DNA of 58,371 nt, the filler included, from Bipalium vagum (taxonomy: Eukaryota), in NCBI GenBank assembly GCA_037834085.1. It is 3 parts of 3 records of this genome, joined end to end, with 100 filler letters (N's around TTAATTAATTAA, not from the genome) between each part and the next. Parts side by side here need not be neighbours in the genome. Positions count along the whole stretch, not along the records: positions 1 to 22,337 come from JBBMKC010222899.1; positions 22,438 to 38,354 come from JBBMKC010138490.1; 1 more part is not named here. One strand, 5' to 3'. How positions within the stretch are numbered: position 1 is the first letter of the stretch; the number at the start of each line of letters is the position of its first letter. The position numbers were made by a program, and so were the translations under genes. The notes under the pieces are model-generated. The model did no database searches, was not told where the DNA came from, and saw only the letters and a program-made list of their open reading frames with translations. Of the stretch, positions 12,901-25,449 are shown one piece after another.

Positions 12901-15900
12901 AAACGTTCAATTTCTATCGGACACCATAAGAGTTGGAAAACAATTATCTCTGGTACGCAAATATAAAACGAATTATCTCTTTTTCGTTTTAAATTATATC
13001 TATTGATTCCTGTTATTGACTTCGATTATCATTGAAGAATGTCGGTAAATGGAAAAAACCCACTGGGTTTACGTCAATGACCATGAAATAATGAAAATAT
13101 TGTCAGTTAACATATATGGAAAAATGTGTGTTCCAACATAGTTTCCACTAAAATGGCAATTGACGTATTTCAAAATTTAAGAAAACTTAAACAAGTTTTG
13201 GAAACATCAGTTATCGTGATAATAGAATGATTTTTTTTAATGTGAATTGATTTAAATAAACAAATTTTTTAAATAAAATAAAATGGAATTTGGAAAAGAT
13301 ATATGCTTAAGTTTAAAAAGTTATAAGAAAAAAATGAATTATTTAAAAAAAACAAATTGAAAATAAAAGAAACAAAAATCCCGAAAACAAATGTATCAAT
13401 TAAAATAAATTTAGTAAGACACTTAGAAATAAAAAGATTTTTGGCCTATGGTTTAGGTCGTCCGGACGGTTTTGAAGATTTTAACTATGAAAATCTAAGA
13501 AAAACTAGTTTTTAACATTTATTTAACAAAAATGTTTTCCATTCTGCTTATTTACTTTAATTAATTACTGTGGTCGCTGCAGAATTCTTTGAACGGCAAA
13601 ACATTCAATGACGATGAGTCTGTCAGAAGGTACATTGATACATTTTTTTACCAATAAACTATAGGAGTTCTACATACGTGGCTTCATGAAATTGGTGGAT
13701 AGATGGAGAAAGATCATTAATAATAATGGTGAATATAATTGATTTAACTCTTTTTTGTCAATAAAATATTTGATTTTATCTTTTCATTAAAAAATGTATG
13801 AACTTTCTTGCCAACCCAGTATTATCATTTCAACCAGATGGGCGTCCAGAAAGAGAATTATCTTCCACATTGAAATTCTGACCTTTGAATTTTAGAAATC
13901 ACCTATGAATAGTCTCTGTTGACACTACACATTGTCCATGGATTTCACAGATCTTCTTGGTGGTAATTTGAATACTTTTATCCTTCTTTTAACAACAAGA
14001 ATAAGTTTCGAAAATAGTTCTACAGCAGCTCAACTTCTCTTAGTCTCAAAAAATTACTAAGTAATAATATTTTCTGCTTAATAATGGTTTGTAATCTCCA
14101 CAATTGACTTTTTTTTATTGATTTATTTCAACAAATTGAATTCATATATCAAAGGAACTGACTTATAAAGAATTCACTAAAATTCAACATGACTTTCCTG
14201 ATGACCTCTAATACATTTAAATATTAATTTATGAGGATTATACATTAAAACTAAGAATATCGTAATAAAATAAGTCTGGACAAAAGGTAAACGTAAAAAA
14301 CATTTTATCTGAAGAAATATAACTTACTACCTAACCTTTCTGAAGTCTTTTGGGTAATTTTTAGATAAAGTTTCAGAATTGAGATGAGCTGTTTGAGATA
14401 AATTTAGAAGAATTAGAAATCTGAAAAAGAGAAATTTAATAAATACACAACTTGAAGAGTAATTATCAAAAAATACTTTATGTCTTTAGCTCTTTTTGAA
14501 GTATATGATGATTCGTCGTCATGATGTATACTTTATTTACCGTGTTTGATTTCAAACTTGTTCATACGAGTTAATTTTCGTTCAACAAGATTTTGGGTTT
14601 ACGATCGTGAGCAGAATATAAAAAATTCAGTTATAGGATTTTTCGGAAAGTCACTTGGCTTCTTTATATCTATCCTTAAATCTTAATTTAAAGCACTTAA
14701 GTCATTTTAAAGGTTGGGATATTCAAATTGCCTAGTATATGGCAGAAGGTCTTGGAACAAAAAGAACAATACATTATTGATTAAAATATTTATTACTAAA
14801 AAAACTTTTGGTCTTCCTTTTTACTAAAAAATGCGAAGTGACTTTCCGAACAACCCAACATTAATATTTAGTATTAAAGATATATCCTGTGCCCATTTAA
14901 AATATTACACCATTTTTTTAAGCAACTGCCTTTGTAATCTGAACCTTTTACTTAGCGCTATTTTATTTATTTTTATTTTATTTTATATCTATTTACATTG
15001 TTACTCGGTTTTCACAAAATATGCAGATTTCGTTTTCACCCTTTCGATTGTTACATAATTGAATTATTATACTGTAATTTGGGATTATCTTGATTGTTTT
15101 CTGCACAATTCACTTAGTTCCAAGACATTCCGGATATATTAATTAATTTGTGCCGATTGAATCTCTGGTTGTGACTTGGTTCAATATTTAAACACATAGT
15201 CTCATGGAACTATTAGATTGGTTTTGTTTTACTATTATAGTTAAAATCATCTGGATATTGAAATAATAAAAGAAAAATAATAAAAGAAATAAAAAATATT
15301 TTTAAATCAATATCTTTTTAACTTAAGCATAACAAAAGATAAAATGTCACTTGAAAAATCTAATAATATTAGCTTTTGTAAAGAAAATGATGTCTTACAG
15401 ACACTTAGGAAGAATTAAGAAAACAATGAAAAATATTGATTGATGAACTAAATATTTATAGGCGATTCTTTTTTCCCAGAGGAGTTCTAAAACAGCTGCC
15501 TTTATGAATCTGACAATATCCATAAATAAGTATTTTATCAGGATTTAATTGGAAATAGGGAGCAAGTTCTTCTTCACTATACTTCATAAATAATTCAGCA
15601 TTATAAGATCTTCTAACATATTCATGAGCAACAGCACCTTGAACAACAATCACACAGAGTAGACGATGATTTGGTCCTCGATTCTCAAAGACATTTTGAA
15701 CCACCTTTATATTACTTTATTTTACCGTTATTTATATTTTTTATATTTATAAAAAATGCATTTATAGATTTGAATAATTGTATTTATAGATTTGAATACC
15801 GCTGTAAAATTGATTGATTTTTCAAAATGAATTAAATTATTAAAGATTATTGATTTTTAAATAATTTTTTAACGAGCTTTTCATATGGTTAAAATTTAAT

Positions 15901-16708
15901 TGAGTTTGTTATGGTTCTGAGCCGGTTTATCACCAGCTTATGGACCAATGAGTTGAATGTTAATCTTCTTGGTGATGGCAATTTTGTAATGTTCACCTTT
16001 CACAGGAGACAATCTTCTATCAAGCAACAAGACCTTCGAGATATCAGTGTTAACTATTTACGCTATTAATGAAAGGCTGATCTCGGCTGCTCCGACAAAC
16101 AGTAGTGTTTGCTTGTTGATACCGCCAGTGGTAATTGTTTCCCATTTTACAGTTTACAACAAACCCAACGAGGATTTCGGCAATGTTCTGGAAGTCATCG
16201 AGTCGACGAAAAGTATCAAAGTCACTCCTCAGTGTGAAAGTCTTCAAGAGCCGAATTTATCGGTGGGCACGAGCAATATTAAAATCGAGACCTTGACGTT
16301 CGATATTTCCATTTTTGGAGGGGCTACAGCCCTGGAGGTATGTCTATAAGTATGGTTTGCTATCCCTGATTTCATTACATCTGCTGAGGAAGTATATCGG
16401 GTCCAGAATAATCACCGGTATTACTTAAAATAAATAAGTCTCTCCGCGTTGAAGGTGTTTTCGGTGAACTAAAATAACGATTTTTCAATTTTTAAAATAA
16501 TAAAATAATAATTATAAATATATGAGCAGTAGATATTATATTTTAGGAAAATAATTTATTATTAAAGCAATGATAAAAATTATGATAAATAATAAAAATA
16601 AAATTTTTTTTAACAGTTTAAATTAATTTTTTTAAACAAGAAATAAAATAAAATAACGATAATAATAAAAGAAAAGAATAATAATAAAAAAGAATAAAAT
16701 AAAATAAT

Positions 16709-16740
<32 letters not shown>

Positions 16741-19700
16741 ATCATAATAAAATAAATTTTATAATAAATAATAATATTTAAAATGATAAGACTTATAATA
16801 AATATAAAATTTGAATATTTTTTACAATTTAAATAAATTTTTGACAAGAAATAAAAAAAAAAAATAATAAAACTTTAAATCAATATTAAAAAAAGAAAAA
16901 AAGGGAACACTAAATTTAAATTAAAATAAAATGAAATAAAACAGTAATAATAAAATAATTCATATAAAAAATGACAACGTGGCCTAAACTAGTTCCCTTG
17001 ACAGCTGAACAGCGTGCAGATCTCCAATTTGAGAGGCCTTTACAAAATGAATGCGGTCGTCGAAACGCTCCACGCGCATTACTGTCTGAAATATGTGGAG
17101 GTGAGTGAAAAACGACAGACTTGTCTTGATTTCTTGGACGCTCACTCTCGTTCCAGGACATATTGTTCGGTGATCTCGTGTATCGAAGTTCCAGCTTCGA
17201 TGACCTGCTCAATTTCGACGGACCTTGGAGATGTGCCACCACGGTTGACTTCTCGAAAAATTCGATTGCTTCACTGGACCGCAGCATCGTAAGGAGTTTT
17301 GAATTGTCTTTTCTACAGATTTAATAATATTTCATATTTTTATTCTTCACTGAACAATTTCAAATTTTTCTAATAATAATAATAAATAATAAAAAATATA
17401 ATTAACAATAATAATTAATTATAATTAATAATAATAAATAATAAATAATAATAAAATAATATTTAATAAATATAATATAATATTATAATTTTTATTAATA
17501 TAATAATAATAAAAATAAAAAAATAAAATATACTTTTGGTTATGTTATATTTCATATTTTATTAAACTATCGATTTTTGAAAAACTTAAAAGAATTTTTA
17601 AATTAAAAAAATTAGTTTAATCTAATTTTAGGAACACTTAGAAAATGTAGTCAATATTTTTCTCTTTTTTCAGTAATTTTTTGTAAGGTGCATTTTGAAG
17701 TGAGATCACTCATTTGTGACTGTACACAAAATATATTTTCAATAATTTTTGAATTTTATTTCATTTTTTAAAGTAGGCGAGTGCCTCCTTTGAGAATTTT
17801 TTTGAGTAATATTTAATTTTGGAAATTTTAATAAAAAGTCACTGAGTAGAAAAAAAATTAAAAAAGTCATTTCATTAAATCTCATTAAAATAGATAATTT
17901 ATAATAATATTTAATTTATACATTTTTATATTTAATATAAATTAATAATATTATAATTATTCATTATTTTATATATACATATATATGTATATGAAAATGA
18001 TTAAAAAATCATATTAGCCATAAATAAAAATAAACTTAATTAAACAATTATATATTAATGGGTTGATATTAACATATAATGCATGTTGGTGAATAAACTC
18101 TGCATTATTTTTAACTATTAAAATTAAACAATTAATTTATTCAAAAAATGTTAGTCGAACGTTGTTTAAATAATATTTATTAAATCTTGCGGCAATTTAA
18201 AAGTGTGTAATATAAACATTTTCACTTATAAAAATCCACCATCTTGCCAAATGTATGTTCTTCGGACTACCAGGTATTCAGATCTCTTCAAAATCATCTT
18301 AACACACAGAGATTTCATTCAATAGTTGATGTCAAGAAGTGTTTAAAAAATTTCTTTGCTGGAAAATCTAAAAATTTTATGGAATCGGAATAATGATTTT
18401 ACCACAGCGTTAACAACAAGACCTCGATAAGAATTGATTATATTTTTGTGAATAAAATAAATATTTGGAAGTTATAACTTTGTATTGTAATTTTGTTAAA
18501 AATAACAATGAAGTTATTCACCAACCCAACATTCAGGGTGCGTGAGGTATTTGAGGACATATTGATGTCTAAGGGAAAACAGAAATATAATAACAAGTAA
18601 CCACTTTATTGATTAAAAATGGTACACGAATAAAAGAGCAATGAAGGTTTATATAAATTTTTTCAAAAAACCCACAACCAGCTAGGATCACTATTTCCAC
18701 AAAAGATCGAAATCGTCTACATGCGTTTAACTAGGGGGTCCTAAGCCATATTGGACATTACTCTGAGTATGGTGGCTTTCAGCGAATCCAAAGTATTATG
18801 GAAATGTTCATTGACCTCTTTCTCAATACTATCCCATAATTATTGGTCCAATGAATTTAGATGTAGGGAGGCCAAATATCAGGAAAGACGTGATTTTTTC
18901 AGCCATCTATTTTTGAGTTTTTTGAACCTTATGTTATGGAGCAGAATCATGAGGAAAAACATAAAACCTTCCATTTCGTACTGAGTCAATCCTGAGCTTC
19001 AGAATATTTTCCAGTACGTCAATATAGAGCTTAGAGTAAACCCTAAGGCCTTATGAGAAAAAGTGAAGAGGAATCAAATGTCCATTACTGCTTATTGCAC
19101 CTAAAATAATGTTATTATTAAAATAGATTCTAGAAACTTATTTTTATGATTGTTGGCACTTCAGAAGAGTCTTAAAATAACGGCCAATCATTTTTTCTGT
19201 TAACTTTGTGATCTTCATCGAAGTTTGTTTCATCTGAGAAAAACCAAATCAGATCTTGTTTTGCTGGACGTTTGAATTAGATTATTTTTGATATTAATAA
19301 ACGATTTTCTTATATTTTTTTGAGATAAATTGTCTTATCCCATGTTTTCATGGAACCACATTTCTAATTGTTCCCTCTGAGACCTTGAAATTTTTGGCAA
19401 GAGTCCTCAGGGAATCTATGGGGTCGCCATCAACAGTGTGCCTAATTAACTTGACAAAATCATCTGTTCTCATCATGTCATAGTTTAGAATATTCCTTAC
19501 CCTTTGCTGTTTTTGACAGTCTTATATTATCGGATTGAAGCTCTTGGCTTACTTGTTTTTCAGATGATCGCGCGACTTTCAAAAATAGGGTGATTTCTAA
19601 ATCAGAATGATCAGCTTACACTACCACAGCATGTCACCTTATTTTTTAACTGATTCGGTTTTCCTCCATTTTATTTATTCTATTAATTTAGTAAAACAAT

Positions 19701-21469
19701 TTTCATTTGGATTTATTTAAGAACTCATATTAAAAATAAACATTAAACTTATGTCCTCAAATACCTTTCGCTTTCTGGATATACGTGTACAGGTTGAGGG
19801 TAAAGTATTGTCGCTTTTCTATATTAAAACTTTAAAGCTAAAATATATTAGAATTTCGATTAATATTTTTATAATTATTGATTTATAATATTTGGATAGA
19901 TTGAAATAAAACTGTTTGTTATGATTTTATTGTTTGTTTTATTAGTTTTGTTTGAATAATATAAAACTCGATATAATATTGTTAAATATATATAAATAAT
20001 AATAATAACAATAATAATAATAACAATATTTAACTAATTAATTAATATTAATATTTAACTAATTAATTAATAATAATACTTCAATTATTAATCAAATTTT
20101 GAGAGTAAATAAAATCTTTCACACAAAAACCAATTATGATCCAAATTTTATTTCTCTGAATGCCTTTTGTTAATCGGGTCGGTTCTTGGAACATGATCCG
20201 AATCATGTTTGAACATTTTCAGGTAACTCTTAAGCAAGTATCAAAGTTGAATCTGTCTCACAATCAAATATCAGACATTAAATATCTGAACTACCTAACC
20301 TTTTTAACGGAGCTCGACCTGTCACACAACAATCTCTTCATGTGCCAGGAGGTCAGTTTTTCCAATAAGCTTGGGAGCATCAAAAAGCTCATTCTCAGCT
20401 CCAATAAGCTCACCAAACTCACTCTGATCGACAGAATGTTCTCCTTGGAATATCTGGACATTTCCGATAACAATATCTCGGAATTCAGTGCCTGCCTGCC
20501 ATTTTGTCGCTTATCCTGTCTGGAAGTGCTCGTGTTCAGAAAGAACCCCATTTGTCACCATCCCGACTTTCAACTGGTTCTTTATGACATATTTCTTGAT
20601 CAGATGAGCTACATCAATATCAATGGCTGCATTTTCGCCGAACTCATTCCTCAACTGCAAGACCAGATTTCCAGCCGACGAATTCTGAAAGAGTCCATTC
20701 TTCTGGACTGTCGAACGTCTCGGCAAAACATCGATTCATATGAGAACAGCGGAGAGTTCGGAAATCTGAGAGACGATCCCAATCTTCTTCTTTCAGTCAA
20801 TCTTGAGGTTACCGAGGTATCGAACAACGAATCCATTCTCAACATTCCCGACATGTTCAATGTTATCATTTATTGGTTTTATTCCGCTACCAAGGCAACG
20901 GTCATTCCCAGTAAAATATTGTGGTGTACGGAGGTCTTCTCTCCCAACCGCTGTTCGACAGTGCTCTTGATCAGCAGCAGCTCCTCTCTCAATGCCAGTG
21001 TTCTGAAGTGTTCGGTGAAGATGGCGTTCACTGGCACTAAGCGCGTCCTCAAAATTCAACCTTGTCACTTTATCGATCTCAACAGAAACCTGAACTACTT
21101 AATCGTGGGATCGGATAAGTCGTTTATTCGTTTCGACATGAACTATGAAACCAGATCGCTCTACCTTGTTAACAACCCTCTGTTGATCGACTCCTTCATG
21201 GGCCATATATATCACATTGACGACGAAATTGTACCCTTTGGCGATTCGAGATTAATTTTCCTAAACGAAGAAGACCGCATGAGTGCCTTGGCAGCCTTTA
21301 TCAATATGTGGAGTAGGGACCGGATGGCGAATCTCTTAAAAAATACTAACAACGTAAGCATTCATTGGCAAATATTATCAATTTTATTAACTTTTTTAAA
21401 TATATTTTTATATTATTATATTGGATTTTTGTTATTATTATGATTATGATTATTTTTATTATATTATTA

Positions 21470-21534
<65 letters not shown>

Positions 21535-22011
21535 AATAATTTTTTTATTATTAATGTTATCATTTATCATAATGAAATTATTGATTATTATGCATATAAT
21601 AATGTCCCTTCATGTCGTCCACAAACAAATGTCACCAAATGATCCTTGTATTCACCTGAGCAGAAGTCAATCGACCCCAACGTTGACAGCGACATACTGT
21701 TCAATTCACGGGCCATGCTCCACATGAAAAACGGATTTCGGCTGTTACTGACCATTGTGGTGACTCGCCAAATGCTGTGCTTGGTTGACGAAAGAATATT
21801 CGACTGGCCCGACTTCAGCAAGCGTCACAGTTTTATTGACCAGGGTTCGGGGTCGTTCAGTTCTCCCTTCATGTCGTCCACAAACCAATTTCAGTTTTTC
21901 AAAATCAATGCATACCTCTTCCACGAGATTAAATCCTGCTCCGAACAGTCGTCCTCGAAAAACGAGCACATTTTGGCCGAGCTTTGCCCGTTCTTCGGTC
22001 ACTCCTTGGAA
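9007..22011 (+). CDS. NISCH: Nischarin-like PX + LRR protein, 3'-incomplete; exons 9007-9087, 9532-9618, 9701-9883, 10752-10800, 16006-16337, 17005-17100, 17157-17288, 20223-21353, about 21664-22011
   Basis: PX domain (FRITIPRF..EYELLIQ..WRITKRYSDFLKL..FPPKKII..QRKKSLEMYI). Nischarin-typical YEIHGITTNLSKVLFKHGDNLL and VGTSNIKIETLTFDISIF follow, then LRRs (LDLSHN, KLGSIKKLILSSN, FSLEYLDISDNNI, LSCLEVLVFRKNP). Splice phases are consistent. The first exon and the last acceptor are less certain, and the gene continues past the donor at 22012 toward the gap. Confidence 0.88.
9935..10002. repeat. (TAT)n microsatellite in a nischarin intron
   Basis: Near-perfect ATT run. Confidence 0.9.
11280..11720 (-). 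mobile_element. Degraded mariner transposase fragment (intronic)
   Basis: Frameshifted minus-strand translation resembles the mariner segment from FLKRxVTGDE through KRSWC to CVWW. Confidence 0.6.
12440..12860 (+). mobile_element. Degraded mariner catalytic-domain fragment (intronic)
   Basis: Remnants FEILPNGQSLNSDVCC, DNA, and a YSPDLAPSDFHLF-like stretch (tatactggtctgatgtgcaatgccagactttcacttgttt). Confidence 0.6.
13580..13821 (+). mobile_element. Mariner 3' end with TIR
   Basis: Ends in RWRKIINNNGEY followed by aactttcttgccaacccagta, a mariner-type TIR plus TA. Confidence 0.65.
15456..15704 (-). mobile_element. Tc1/IS630-like transposase fragment (intronic)
   Basis: GAVAHEYVRRSYNAELFMKY..LAPYF..DKILI resembles the region preceding the second catalytic D of Tc1/IS630 enzymes. 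Confidence 0.55.
18190..18530 (+). mobile_element. Mariner 3' fragment with TIR
   Basis: PSDYQVFRSLQNHL remnant; ends in gaagttattcaccaacccaaca. Confidence 0.6.
18534..19777 (-). mobile_element. Full-length but decayed Tc1/mariner element (maT/DD37D-like), intronic
   Basis: Imperfect TIRs: CAGGGTGCGTGAGGTATTTGAGGACATA and rc CAGAAAGCGAAAGGTATTTGAGGACATA, 1.24 kb apart. Minus-strand remnants include FFSDETNFDEDHKVNRKND and RRFRSFVEIVILAGCGFFE. Confidence 0.78.
21460..21540. repeat. (TAT)n microsatellite
   Basis: Long ATT run; it generates the spurious poly-L/I/N ORFs in the track. Confidence 0.95.
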
Positions 22012-22337
22012 GTGAGGATTTTCTATTGTTTTTTTACCATTTCATATTATATAATTTCTGTCAAAAATTGTATCCGATAAAAATTTCATTATAAAAATAA
22101 AAAATTGGTCGAAATGATACATATTAATAAAATAATTATAAAATATGAATAATTATGAGATGTTTGAAAATTGACAAAAATTTATTGATATTTAATTATT
22201 TCATAATTGATTTTATAATAATTGATATATATTATTTTTGAATGATTAGCAGATTCTCAAATAAATAAATGTTTAAAAAAGAAGTCATCTTTTCCAACAG
22301 AGTTCAGCTCCATTGAAGTTTATATCTAAAAAGAGAC

Positions 22338-22437
22338 NNNNNNNNNNNNNNNNNNNNNNNNNNNNNNNNNNNNNNNNNNNNTTAATTAATTAANNNNNNN
22401 NNNNNNNNNNNNNNNNNNNNNNNNNNNNNNNNNNNNN
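22338..22437. other. Artificial assembly spacer N44-TTAATTAATTAA-N44
   Basis: Exactly 100 bp and symmetric, with stops in all six frames; identical to 38355-38454. Confidence 0.97.
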
Positions 22438-22471
<34 letters not shown>

Positions 22472-22497
22472 GAATAATAATAATAATAATAATAATA
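22438..22497. repeat. (AAT)n microsatellite at contig edge
   Basis: AAT run with one interruption. Confidence 0.93.
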
Positions 22498-22832
22498 CGA
22501 GTATAAGACGTAAAATCCAAATGATAATAATACATTAATAATAATATTTTTAAGATTTCTGCAATTAAGAACAGATCAAATATTTTATTATTGATATTGA
22601 GTCAATGACTCTCGATATTTTTGTATTAAAATATTAAAAAGGTAAAACTCCAAAAATACAGAGGAACAAATATCTCGCCTTTCATGATTAGCCAAATGCT
22701 GAGCACGTCAACTTGTCGAGTTAAGAAAAAAGACTCATCAATGGTACTGCCGAATTAATTGAGGCAAAGTATACTACACTCTATAATTTGTGAGGTGATA
22801 AATTACGTTTGTTGTTTTAACCATAATATTTT

Positions 22833-24730
22833 CACTGATTACAAAAAAATTTTTTTTAAAACCCAAAATAACTTTACTTAATTTTGACTAAACAAGGTAC
22901 GCTGATTTCGAAAATGTTAACGAAAAAGATTTATAACATCAGGTTTATTCAAAAATTTAATTTTTCCCATAAATACCATTACACAATTTTAATTAAACAA
23001 AGTACGCTACTTTCAAAAACGTTAACGAAAAAAAATTATTATTATATTTATTATTTACCACAATACGGAGTCCACAAGATTTTAGTTGAATTTTCTTCGC
23101 CTACTTCTCTTATGGAAATCAATGTCTATTTGTTTATAAACACCAACAATAATATGCTAGCATGGTTACGTCCCTTCCATTTGTATCTTTTTCCATATCC
23201 GTAATATTTTGATAAAACCTTTCGCATTGTTCTTAACTATAATCACCAAAATTGTTCGGGATATAGTTCAAGTGACTATGCAAAAAATACAATTAAAAAC
23301 TCACATTTTTATTCATATTAATTCTTTATAATTGATAGCTTTCGGGTTACTTAGAAAAATTTAAAGTAACATTTTTGAAAGCAATTCACCTATCCAAGCA
23401 TTCTTTTATGAATTGAACATCGTTGTAATGAAATTGAAATTATTCACGAGATTCCTTAAATCTCTTCCAGTGAAAATACAACCTTTTTTCCAATACGATG
23501 ATGCAACTAATGTTTCATTAACATTAATTTTCTACCTACGCTTATAATCATTTCTGGGTGTCCATTCACTTTTCTCCCAATGAGATGTCCTATCCCAACT
23601 GTCTCATTAACAAAGAAAGCACCGATAATTTGTGTTTACACCTTGTTGTCCTAGAAAAATCGAAATTATCTTGAAATCACTGCATATTAACCAATTATGC
23701 ATGTACTTTAGAACTTCAAAATATATTTAAAGTTTTCATATATGAGTAAGCCACAGATATATAACCTAATCCATTTCCATTATGCAGCAACACAGCTTTC
23801 AAAGATTTTTTAGAACTGTCATTAAAAAGTCTCCAATCTGCACTCCTGTAATTTTGTCCGAAAGATGTAAGTAATCTTCACATCACAACAATATAATAAA
23901 TCATTTCCTTTTGCAAAATATTTCAGGTACTACTTTTTTCTATGTCTATACCATGAAAATGTTGTAACATTTGCTAGCAAGTTTTTCTCCCTTTAATCGT
24001 GAACCAAAAACCTGAGCGTTTTCCTTGGATAAATTTAAATCGCTAACTAGATCATTTAGTTCGCTTTGGGTAAATAATTTTTGCAGGTTTCCTCCATTTG
24101 GTATAAATTGATCATCTTCGTCAAAGATGTATCCAACATCTGAAACCTCGCTGTTAGTTTTTTCAATTCTAGACATTCAATGATTGCGGATCGGTATTTC
24201 TGCAGAATTTGTAACAGGTCTCATTGCGAACGCAGATTTGGATAAATTATGGATTTATTGTTCTTGGAATTAAACCCTTTAATATTGGAAATGGAGAAGA
24301 GAAGTATCAATCATCAATATGGTTTGCTCGTTTTCTTCATATCATTGGAATCCCAATTGCCTTTTCTCCATTTTTTAAAATGAAAGATGCACGTTGAACA
24401 TACAAAAATGCGGGGCCCATGATTTATCTTAATCGCCCAATTGTATACCAAAGTATGTACTGAAAAGATAATGTTTAATTTGGTTTGAAATCATAAAAAT
24501 TCCACATATGTAACAAAAGGATTTAGGATCGTTAATAAATTTCCATTTAATAATTATCAAGCTCAATTTAATTATTTACAAGCACTTCATATTCAAATTA
24601 ATCATATGGATTCACCACCTTCATTAACAATTAATATTGGTTTTTATTATTCTAATTAAATTGGTTAATGACACCAAAACATTAAATAAAAAGACATCTC
24701 AATTTACACATTTGATTTTCTACACTAGTA
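22833..24730 (-). mobile_element. Decayed CACT-ended DNA transposon, probably Chapaev3-type (CMC group)
   Basis: Ordered minus-strand motifs: NDPKSFCYICG, YFGIQLGD*DKSWAPH, FTQSELNDLVSDLNLSKENAQVFGSRLK, WRLFNDSSKKSLKAVLLHNG, EQCERFYQNI..MLAYYCWCL. Termini are CACTGATTACAAAA (22833) and rc TACTAGTGTAGAAAA (about 24730), with a ~48-bp subterminal repeat at 22880 and 22985. The superfamily name is from recall. Confidence 0.75.
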
Positions 24731-24807
24731 TAGAATATTTTATTGTAGCTTAATTTTCTCGAATTTTTGAATTAATTGATCAAAAAGATCTGACCAAATA
24801 AAAGATA

Positions 24808-24986
24808 CAGTCGGCGCTCAGTTATTTGAACGCTTAGTTATTTGAATAATTTTTGGAAAATGAAGACATGTCTATTCAAACAAAGCTGGAAGATCATGGA
24901 TTTGTTTTAAAATAAATTTTATTTGTAATTGAGTTATTTGAACTTTTTTGAAATCCCCACGAGTTCAAATAACTGAGCGCCGACTG
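24808..24986. mobile_element. 179-bp pogo/Tigger-type MITE
   Basis: Perfect 24-bp TIR CAGTCGGCGCTCAGTTATTTGAAC, TA on both flanks, internal repeats of AGTTATTTGAA. Confidence 0.93.
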
Positions 24987-25449
24987 TATGTCCCAACCCT
25001 ATAAAACTTATAAATTGCAGCTATTCTGATACTGAAAACTGTAATATGTAACGTTTTCTTCTAAACGTAAAGCAACGCTTTTATCTAAAAATAATAAATT
25101 GACTTTGGAAGAGCAAATTATATAATTTGCTATTCTGATACTGAAAACTGAATAATTTTTTTGGTTTTGAATAATAATATTAATAAACAAAAATAATATT
25201 AATTAAAATAAAAAATGTTTCTTTAGACCATAAAAAACGTACTAAAAATCATTTTCTCCCTTTAACCGAATGGAATTGTCTTGATTACTTTTTCACAATA
25301 ATTTTTATTAACTTCACTCATTCTGCCTATCTCAATCTGCCAGGGATGAGTTTAATCCTTCTTTTGTGCCTGATTAGGGCATTGTAATTGCCTATATACT
25401 CGGACGATAACATGTTTTCATTTTTATATTAACATTTTATAATTATAAT

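Noticed and set aside
20160-21443. Stand-alone 427-aa LRR gene
   Set aside because: It has an acceptor at 20222 and a donor at 21354 and continues the nischarin frame; both ORF ends are intronic read-through.
21346-21727. Poly-Leu/Ile/Asn ORFs resembling membrane proteins
   Set aside because: They are translations of an intronic (ATT)n microsatellite; the same applies to 16632-16847.
458-22011. Functional cluster or operon of endomembrane genes (CTSL, TMED10, NISCH)
   Set aside because: All are on one strand, but they are kilobases apart with repeats between them, CTSL has its own TATA candidate, and I saw no trans-splicing evidence.
22382-22393. TTAATTAATTAA as a biological motif
   Set aside because: Synthetic six-frame stop linker centred in N runs.
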